In this document: positions 8,680 through 15,676 of the stretch, in pieces | Position numbering within the stretch: the first letter of the stretch is position 1 | Layout: each line of letters begins with the position of its first letter | NCBI GenBank assembly: GCA_019056805.1 | Contig: DXJG01000004.1 | Span: 1 to 32,000, forward strand | Origin: Candidatus Baldrarchaeota archaeon | GTDB lineage: Archaea; Asgardarchaeota; Baldrarchaeia; Baldrarchaeales; DXJG01 | Length of the DNA: 32,000 bases | Direction of reading: 5' to 3' | The notes under the pieces: generated by a model | The model's input: the letters and a program-made list of their open reading frames with translations, nothing else | Databases searched by the model: none | Told to the model about the DNA's origin: nothing | Position numbers and translations under genes: made by a program

Positions 8680-9768
8680 CTAGACACTTAAGAGGTCAAA
8701 AAGTTTTACAAATGCTTCTTCTGGTGTTTTAACTTTCTCTACCATCTTGGGTAACTCGATCTCTTTACTGTATGCTATAATTTTAGTGTTCGGCTGAATT
8801 CCTAGCTTTCTTAGCATGTCTTCATAAGATTTAAGTCTACTAACAGTATCTTCTATGAAGTTAGGCCATTGAGGCGGTGAAATCGTAAATGGTTTACCTT
8901 TACTTGCTACAATGGCAAGACTTAGAATATCGCTTATAGGCTGAAACCTTGTTCTTTTTGCTCCGTAAGTCATGCCCGTAATTACTTGGGCCAATGCTCC
9001 AATTGCAACCTTTATTCTTCTTTTTCTTTCGTTCTCATCTACAGCATCTTCCACTTTTATCATACTGGTTCTTCCTATTCCATCTAGATTTATATTAAAT
9101 GATAGACCGTAAATGGCAGAGGCAGTCTCTATATAATATATCATTTGAGCTTGTCTTTCTGTTTGTTCACTCTCGGTCTGTCCGCTTCCAGATTGCTCAC
9201 CCTTTAATGTTTCACTCGCTACATGTCTGACGTGAAATTGGGATTCTATTGCAGTAGCTTCAAGAGTATCGTACGTTGGTATAATGTACCCCACCTGAAA
9301 TATTGAGGTACGTTTTACGGGAAAATCTTCGGCAATCATAAAGCCACCTATGTCAGCGACAAGGCTAAGCTTAATCGCTGTTTTTTCGATTTCATGTTTC
9401 AATGTTAAGATGTTTTTGACATCTTTCTTCTTTTTTAATTCCTTATTTCGTTCAAAGAGACTAAGAAGCTCAGGAGGCATGTGTTTTTTATCGCCAAATT
9501 TAAATAGTTCACCCCTAAGAGCCCATTCATCTATGGGGGGCTCTTTACCATAGATAAGCTTGGCAACTTCGGTTAAAGCAACTTGATAAGCGTGAGCAAA
9601 GGATTCACCACTTATGGCTGGAACGTATACTATCCTATATTGGTCACCCTTTTTTATCACGATAGGCGCTCTTCTATGTTTAGTTAAGTTGCCAACAGAC
9701 TCAACCATGTTCAAGGCTTCAATATTTGATAAAAATCTAACACCAACCGAGATAAACATACCCATCAC
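8680..9768 (-). CDS. cas7: Type I-A Cas7 (Csa2/DevR)
   Basis: Motifs EALNMVESVGNLTKHR, VPAISGESFAHAYQ, DIGGFM, VKRTS, YGAKRTRF. True start may be ATG 9765 or 9759. Confidence 0.96.
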   Translation of the reverse strand: MMGMFISVGVRFLSNIEALNMVESVGNLTKHRRAPIVIKKGDQYRIVYVPAISGESFAHAYQVALTEVAKLIYGKEPPIDEWALRGELFKFGDKKHMPPELLSLFERNKELKKKKDVKNILTLKHEIEKTAIKLSLVADIGGFMIAEDFPVKRTSIFQVGYIIPTYDTLEATAIESQFHVRHVASETLKGEQSGSGQTESEQTERQAQMIYYIETASAIYGLSFNINLDGIGRTSMIKVEDAVDENERKRRIKVAIGALAQVITGMTYGAKRTRFQPISDILSLAIVASKGKPFTISPPQWPNFIEDTVSRLKSYEDMLRKLGIQPNTKIIAYSKEIELPKMVEKVKTPEEAFVKLFDLLSV

Positions 9769-10119
9769 CTATCCTAAATCTTTTTCTGGCAAAGTTAAAG
9801 CAAGGGCTGCAAGAATACTGGCTACACTTAAATCCCTGCTAATAAGCTCTACTACTTTCTGAACCACGTTTGCCGATGGTAAATGAACTTTTTCATTTTG
9901 ATCAAATGCGGATCGGGCCTCCCTAAGAACTTCTCTGATAGTTATTTCAGCTATTGTGGGATTGTATGCGTTGGCTAATCGATCTATGTAACCGTATTTC
10001 CTTGATCTAGCAAAGTATCTTAAGGTGCGAGCAAAATCTTTTATAGCATCCCATTCTTCTTTAGATAGACGATGTAATTCCTCCTGCACTTCTCTCTCAC
10101 CATATTTTAAATGTTGCAT
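9769..10119 (-). CDS. csa5: Type I-A small subunit Csa5 (Cas11)
   Basis: About 110-aa helical protein directly upstream of cas7 with a YGYIDRLANA motif. Alternative GTG start at 10089 with a GGTGA RBS. Confidence 0.85.
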   Translation of the reverse strand: MQHLKYGEREVQEELHRLSKEEWDAIKDFARTLRYFARSRKYGYIDRLANAYNPTIAEITIREVLREARSAFDQNEKVHLPSANVVQKVVELISRDLSVASILAALALTLPEKDLG

Positions 10120-10833
10120 TTAGTTATTTATACTTTATGGTCTCTTCGGTATGGAAATCGTTTATAGTAGATGGAAACAAATGTATATGATTTCTATTTG
10201 AGAGAAACGCTAACGACGGTTTAAACATTTATTAAAAGCAGATATTCATGATAATTTTCCCTTTTCCAAGCGATTCTATTTGCATCTTTATGTCTAGAGG
10301 CGAGTTAAAAATTGTAAAAGAAACAGTTTTTAACTTACATAGTAACATGGAAAAATTACATAGCGTCGAATTCCAACTAAATCAAAACTTCTGTTTTAAA
10401 AAGCAAAGAGTAAAAATAACTCTTTTACTCAAACGCAGGACGGTATCTTTTTGAGTTTAATAAATATTTTACGTATTTATGATAATTTTCTTCGCAATAT
10501 TATTTGTAAAACCATTATTTTGTGAAACAGCACGTTTCTATTACTGGTGGACAAACCAATGTACATTTACATTATAACTTATATCATCTTAGATTGCCAT
10601 CTGCACGGATGTTACATCTAACTCTAAATTAAGAACTAACTTAAAAACTTGAAATGTTAGGAAGAGATTTGTGAGGAAGTAAGTTTTGGTGCTTAGTTAC
10701 AAGGTACTGATATCTGGAAGGATTAAATGAAAATTTGGGTGTAGAAGTACTCGTGGACTGAGGTATTAGACATTTTAGTATTGTTTGTTTATTAAGTTTA
10801 GAGATAGCATGATAATTTTGAACGTTTTTCTAG

Positions 10834-11640
10834 TCAAGTCGTTCTGTTTTCCTGCATGTTTATTTTTGTTACTCCCATTCCTTGTGCTCTGTGTGCTCCC
10901 GTGTTTGCGTACTCTGCGTACTTTGTTAGTATTGTTGTCCATTTTGCGTATCCGCTTTTTGGGTTTTTTATTATGTACTCTATTTTTCCTTTGTATCCTG
11001 TTTGTTTTGTATCTTTTATTTGGACTTCTCTTGTTCCTCCTCTAAAGGATTTTATGTACATGTTTTTTAATGTCCACGTTTTTAGTTCCTCTAGATCTAT
11101 TTTGTAGGGATGAAACATGTTCCATATTCTTGCTAGATTTGTGTAGAGTAGGTGGGGTAGGGGGAAGGGTAGGTATGCTTCTGCTTCTTTCCATCGAAAA
11201 TGGGTTGGGGTTAAGAATTCTATTTGTATTTTTGTGGTTGCGGGTGCTTCTTTTAATAGGGTCTCATAAGTTTTCGATTCTATTTGTATTTGTAATATGT
11301 TGAATGATATTTTTCCAATTTCTATTTGTTGAGTTTCTACGATTGCTTCTGTTGTTGTTTTTGCTAGTTCTTCTGTTAAGGTATTTATGGCGAAACTGTA
11401 TCGTTTTCCTTCTTCTATTATCCATTTCTCCTCTAATATCTTCTTTTTTCCTTGAAGAGGTTTTAATGGTTGTACCGCGTAGGGTCTTAGAGCGTTTTCT
11501 TGGTGTAATTTTTCTGCTAGTTGTTTGTCTTGTTTTGCTATTATGTTTAAGAATAAGGCTTGTATTTGTGGTCCCGTGAAGGGATTTAGAACCCCTTTTT
11601 TTGTTGCCATAACTTGGAAGGTAAATTTACATACTTTCAT
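10834..11640 (-). CDS. cas6: CRISPR repeat-processing endoribonuclease Cas6
   Basis: LH...RPYAV, FLTPTHFR, PLP, GYKGKIEY and C-terminal G-rich loop GAHRAQGMG. Confidence 0.95.
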   Translation of the reverse strand: MKVCKFTFQVMATKKGVLNPFTGPQIQALFLNIIAKQDKQLAEKLHQENALRPYAVQPLKPLQGKKKILEEKWIIEEGKRYSFAINTLTEELAKTTTEAIVETQQIEIGKISFNILQIQIESKTYETLLKEAPATTKIQIEFLTPTHFRWKEAEAYLPFPLPHLLYTNLARIWNMFHPYKIDLEELKTWTLKNMYIKSFRGGTREVQIKDTKQTGYKGKIEYIIKNPKSGYAKWTTILTKYAEYANTGAHRAQGMGVTKINMQENRTT

Positions 11641-11673
11641 TTTAATCCTCTTTTATGAGGAATTCTTTGATGT
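11639..11673 (-). repeat. Solitary degenerate CRISPR repeat overlapping the cas6 RBS and start codon
   Basis: Minus strand ACATCAAAGAATTCCTCATAAAAGAGGATTAAAAT versus repeat CTTGCAGAGAAATCCTCATAAAAGAGGATTGAAAG: 27/35 identical, with an 18-nt exact core at 11644-11661, in the same orientation as the array. Confidence 0.9.
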
Positions 11674-11729
11674 TTTTTGTTATTATAAATGGGTTTTTGC
11701 TTTTATATTCTATGTTGTTAGTTTTGATT

Positions 11730-13301
11730 TTAGGGTATGAATTCGTGTAGGTACGTTTTTGTTTGTTCTTTTTTGTTGATTGTTCGAGTTGTGGTCTTCC
11801 GTTTGTTTATTTGTTTTCTGATTTCTATTGTTGTGAGGTGTTTTGTTTTTCTTGGTCTTATTTGTGTTATTATTGGGTATTTTGCTGTTACTCCTGTTAT
11901 TGCTGCGGTTCCCGTCGGTAGATAGGGTATTCTTTGGAAGTCTTCTGCTGTTGTGTAGTCTATGTAGGGTCTTATGTAGTCTAGGTCTGTTTTGCTGTCT
12001 ATTCTTAGGATTATTTTTGTTCCGCATTGGCTTATGACGTCTTTGTCTAGTCCTACTATTCTTTGGCTTGTTATGCATAGTCCTATCCCAAATTTTCTCC
12101 CTTCGCGTGCTATTTTCCTCATTATTGTTTTGCTGTATGTTTCTTCGTCTTGTGGTGCAAATCTATGGCTTTCTTCTACTACAACCATTAGGGGTGGTAT
12201 TTTTTCTTCTTTTCTAGCGTTAAAGAGTTCATTTAGCAGCGATCCTACGAATATTCTTCTTATATGTTCTTCCATTTCTTCACTTACATCTATTATTGTT
12301 AGTTGTCTTGGTTTGACTATTTCTTCTGGTTTAAGTCCCTTTCCAAATATTCCTATTTCTTTTAGGATGCTTATTCTTCGTTTTAGGGATAGTTGGGTGC
12401 TTCTGGCGAATCCCCATTCTCTAGCTATTTTTTCTACTTCTTGTAGGAGGGTTTCTGGGTCTATTGTTTCTATTTGTTTTTCTTTTAGTGACTTCATTGC
12501 TAGGTATAGTAGGTCTTTCATTACTGTTGAGAGTTGGCATATTTCTGCCATTGCATCAGCGTTTAGTGAGTTGAAGTTTAATGTTAGTTCCCCAGTTCCT
12601 TGGTAGACTGGTGATAGAATTTTTACATTGTAGGTTTTTGGGTTGAGATTTAATTCTTTTAGTCTTTCTAGGTCTTCTTTTTCATCATTTTGATACTGGA
12701 ATGTGTAGTATTCCCCGTGGGGGTCAATGACCACTACTGGGAAGTTGTGTTCTAATAATTCTTCGATTAGGACTCCTACCGTGTAGGATTTTCCTGTTCC
12801 TGTTGCCCCTAGTATAGCTATGTGTAATCTTACTAGTTTTTCTATGTCTAGTTTTACTTTTATTTCCGGATTTCCATACATTGTACCTATGAATGCTCCA
12901 TCTTCTTTTAGTCCCATTAGTTTTGTTAGTATGTTTTTGTCTGCTTTGTAAACTCTTTCTCCCGGTTCTGGAGCAATGTTTGGTGGGTGTATTTTTTCTT
13001 CTTCGAACATTCCTACGATTCTTACCTCGGCGGCTCTCCATCTTCCAATGTTTACTGGGAATCTCGCTGTTACTGGGAGTTGTTTGAGCAGGTGGTCTCT
13101 TACGAATTCAGGATTTTTAAAAAATTGGTTAAAGGCTTTTACTTCAGTGATTCTCCCTATTATTACGTATTTTCCAGCTGGGACTTCAACGTACTCTCCA
13201 ACTTTAATATCTTTGTCTTCCGCTATTTGGAATGTGAATTTTAGATGTGTTGGAGGGCCTTCTCTACTAATAATTATTCCGATTTCATTCTTCTTCTCCA
13301 T
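11730..13301 (-). CDS. herA: HerA-family ATPase/helicase with N-terminal HAS barrel
   Basis: Walker A HIAILGATGTGKS, VIDPHGEY, Walker B VVVEESHRF, REGRKFGIGL...SQR. Start placed at ATG 13301 (GGAGAG RBS); the ORF track extends it to 13355. Confidence 0.93.
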   Translation of the reverse strand: MEKKNEIGIIISREGPPTHLKFTFQIAEDKDIKVGEYVEVPAGKYVIIGRITEVKAFNQFFKNPEFVRDHLLKQLPVTARFPVNIGRWRAAEVRIVGMFEEEKIHPPNIAPEPGERVYKADKNILTKLMGLKEDGAFIGTMYGNPEIKVKLDIEKLVRLHIAILGATGTGKSYTVGVLIEELLEHNFPVVVIDPHGEYYTFQYQNDEKEDLERLKELNLNPKTYNVKILSPVYQGTGELTLNFNSLNADAMAEICQLSTVMKDLLYLAMKSLKEKQIETIDPETLLQEVEKIAREWGFARSTQLSLKRRISILKEIGIFGKGLKPEEIVKPRQLTIIDVSEEMEEHIRRIFVGSLLNELFNARKEEKIPPLMVVVEESHRFAPQDEETYSKTIMRKIAREGRKFGIGLCITSQRIVGLDKDVISQCGTKIILRIDSKTDLDYIRPYIDYTTAEDFQRIPYLPTGTAAITGVTAKYPIITQIRPRKTKHLTTIEIRKQINKRKTTTRTINKKEQTKTYLHEFIP

Positions 13302-14748
13302 TTTTAATTCTCTCCCATCTTTTTTCATCTCTTTCTTCTTGTAATTGTTGTACATAGTCTTGAAAGACTGCTTTTAGTACTCCTTCTATTGATCTTCTTA
13401 GTTGACCTAGGTTTGAATAGGCTAATGCTTGAGCTGTACTGACTATTCCTGGTCCAGGTGGGATTCCTGGTGCTGGTGGTACTATTGCTGATGAGTATGC
13501 TAGGTCTCTGATTTTTTCATATTCTTCCCACGGATCTTTTTGAGATATGAAATCGAATCTGACGATGTAATTTCTATATTTTAGATAAAATTCATACCAG
13601 TCTTCCACGGGGGGTCTACCTTTCTCACGTTCTCTTTCTATTAAGCATGTGGTGTCTCCATCATCTAAAATATTTAGTAAAAAATTCATGTCGTTTGTTT
13701 CGGCAACTTTGAACTTTAATAATCGTTCTGCATGTTTTAAAAATATGTTATCCGTTGGAAAAGCTGTTACACCAACAACAAGTATTTTTCGTTTTTTCGC
13801 TTCTCCTACGAGTTTATAAAATAGTTCGTGACATTTATCTCTAATTAGTACTAGTTTCTTTGCTTTGACTACGAATCCATGTGGAACTAAGGTTCCCATT
13901 CTAAAATAAATATCGAACTTGTCTCCATGTTCCTCTATTGTTTTAATATCGAGTTGGTAGTGTAAAATTTCTTCTAGGTATCTTGCTGCTATACTTCTGC
14001 CTACATGTAGTAGTTCTGGGAAGTCTGTTGATAACTCGTAGAAAGGTTCTCCAGGCAGAAAAGGCTCTTTACCTCTAAATGATATAAGTTCTGGCACAAC
14101 CCTACTATCTGACCTATATTGATTTAGTATGTTTTTTTCATAGTAGCCTATGTAGCATCCTGCACTAAGATAAACTACAGATAAAACTGCAAAGTAATGT
14201 GCTCCATAATTGTTAATGTTGCGGCAGGAAGCTGATCCTGGAACATAAATATCATCTAAAGCTATATTTCTAGCTGATTTTTCATATATTAGCTTTTCTC
14301 CTATAAGCGGGCCGTATCTTCCATCTATTTTAGTCTTTCTCACTTTTTCTCTTATTTCTCCTGAAAACGCTAATTCTAGATTCAGTTTTTTGAAAATACG
14401 TTTTACTTTGTTTTCTAGAGTCTTTGCTCCTAATACTGTTTGTATGTATCCTGGATTGATGAAATCATCAAGCTTAAGTTGTATATATGGGCCTAGAGCT
14501 ACTTCTTTTAATACTTCATTTACCCATTCCTTGTTTACTGTATATTTTCCAGTACCAGCGTAATTTAGGATGCCAAGTGTGAGTAGGTCGTTTATGTAGT
14601 CTCTGATAGCTCTCTCGGTTAGTCCTGTTTCTTCGGCAAGTTTATGGACATCTATATATCCTTCTTTTGCTTCGATTTCCATGCATATATTGATTAGGAA
14701 AGTTATCCGAGCTCTGTAGGTAGCTGGTACTTTACCCATATAAAGCAC
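13285..14748 (-). CDS. N-terminal wHTH fused to a NurA-like domain with apparently degenerate catalytic motifs
   Basis: wHTH segment IDVHKLAEETGLTERAIRDYINDLLTLGIL. NurA-like spacing of IYVPGSAS, IYFRMGTL, LVVGVTAF, NDMNFLLNILDDG and PGIVSTAQALA. Overlaps the start of herA. Start is GTG 14748 or ATG 14739. Confidence 0.6.
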   Translation of the reverse strand: MLYMGKVPATYRARITFLINICMEIEAKEGYIDVHKLAEETGLTERAIRDYINDLLTLGILNYAGTGKYTVNKEWVNEVLKEVALGPYIQLKLDDFINPGYIQTVLGAKTLENKVKRIFKKLNLELAFSGEIREKVRKTKIDGRYGPLIGEKLIYEKSARNIALDDIYVPGSASCRNINNYGAHYFAVLSVVYLSAGCYIGYYEKNILNQYRSDSRVVPELISFRGKEPFLPGEPFYELSTDFPELLHVGRSIAARYLEEILHYQLDIKTIEEHGDKFDIYFRMGTLVPHGFVVKAKKLVLIRDKCHELFYKLVGEAKKRKILVVGVTAFPTDNIFLKHAERLLKFKVAETNDMNFLLNILDDGDTTCLIEREREKGRPPVEDWYEFYLKYRNYIVRFDFISQKDPWEEYEKIRDLAYSSAIVPPAPGIPPGPGIVSTAQALAYSNLGQLRRSIEGVLKAVFQDYVQQLQEERDEKRWERIKNGEEE

Positions 14749-14756
14749 CTATGTTA

Positions 14757-14780
14757 GGAAATATATTTCCGATATATAAA
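14757..14780 (-). promoter_or_regulatory. TATA box (TTTATATA, 14773-14780) and perfect 14-bp palindrome GGAAATATATTTCC (14757-14770)
   Basis: Read directly from the sequence. The TATA box lies 25-32 nt upstream of GTG 14748 and the palindrome sits between them. Confidence 0.65.
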
Positions 14781-15003
14781 TATAATGTCAAGAATACAGA
14801 GTGTCGTTGAAATGGAATTTTAAGATATTGCATTTGGTGATTCGAGGGAGTTTAAAATTTAACAGATATTGCTGGTGTTTTTGGTTTCAGCTTTTATGAC
14901 TTTGTTGCTTTTTGCTTGTTTTTCTAGGCTGTTTTTGAATCTGCATTAAAGGGTGGAGAGTTGAATTAATTAATGGTGTGTGTATTAAAGGGTGCGAGAT
15001 TAA

Positions 15004-15448
15004 TGGAGAAAAAAACTTGAGAGTTTAGGTGTAGAAGTTTTAAGAAATGAAAACAAGTTAATGGAGATAAATGAAATACAATTTTACATCGTTGGACTGG
15101 ATTCCATATGGGCGGGAGAAGATAACTTAACCCGCGCAATGACTGGTATTAAGGAGGATATTCCAAAAATTTTATTGTCTCATAATCCCGACGTTGTTAG
15201 CCTCCCGGGAACAGAAGATCTCGACCTTATTCTTTCCGGACACACTCACGGTGGAGTGATAAATTTACCCTTTATAGGTTCAGTTTTTGCATCAACAGGG
15301 CTGAGATGAAAAGGTGCTTACGGTTTTCACGAAATAGCGCGCGCTCTAAATTTACATAACTCGAGGCATAGGATCCTGTATCGGCTATTTCTTTAGATTT
15401 AGATTTAATTCACCACCAGAAATTGTCATAATAGACCTTCATCTTTGA
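15004..15448 (+). pseudogene. Truncated, disrupted metallophosphoesterase (YkuE/COG1408-like), C-terminal half only
   Basis: One frame gives LGVEVLRNEN, IVGLDS, ILLSHNPD and LILSGHTHGG, then a TGA at 15307-15309. A different frame continues YITRGIG...RFNSPPEIVIIDL to a stop at 15446-15448. The N-terminal DxH and GNHD motifs are absent. Confidence 0.85.
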
Positions 15449-15676
15449 TTCATTTTCCCTTATAAACTTAGAAATTGATCAACTTATTTCTTTCCTGTTA
15501 GGAATATCATTTAATATTGGTTAAACTGGTTGTTACATGCGAGATCTCAATTACAACTCACATTTATATTTTGTAAAAATTTTGCATCGTGAATGATGTA
15601 AACCCTACTCTGGCTAGTAACTATGGACGGAAGGGAAATTGAAAGATTGTTAACTAACTGTTACAAGCAACAAAAG

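Noticed and set aside
10717-10733. GAAGGATTAAATGAAAA resembling the cas6 start region and the repeat 3' end
   Set aside because: Opposite strand, no stem partner, and the ATG opens only five codons.
11710-13041. Alternative-frame and antisense ORFs overlapping herA and cas6
   Set aside because: Shadow ORFs caused by extreme strand skew; low complexity and no motifs.
15004-15448. Possibility that the phosphoesterase next to nurA-herA is an mre11 remnant
   Set aside because: The motifs (LLSHNPD, GHTHGG, YITRGIG, RFNSPPEI) are YkuE/COG1408-type rather than Mre11-type, and it is on the opposite strand.
15638-15645. ATTGAAAG (crRNA handle sequence) downstream of aor paralog 1
   Set aside because: Only an 8-mer, no hairpin and opposite orientation to the array; compatible with chance in AT-rich DNA.
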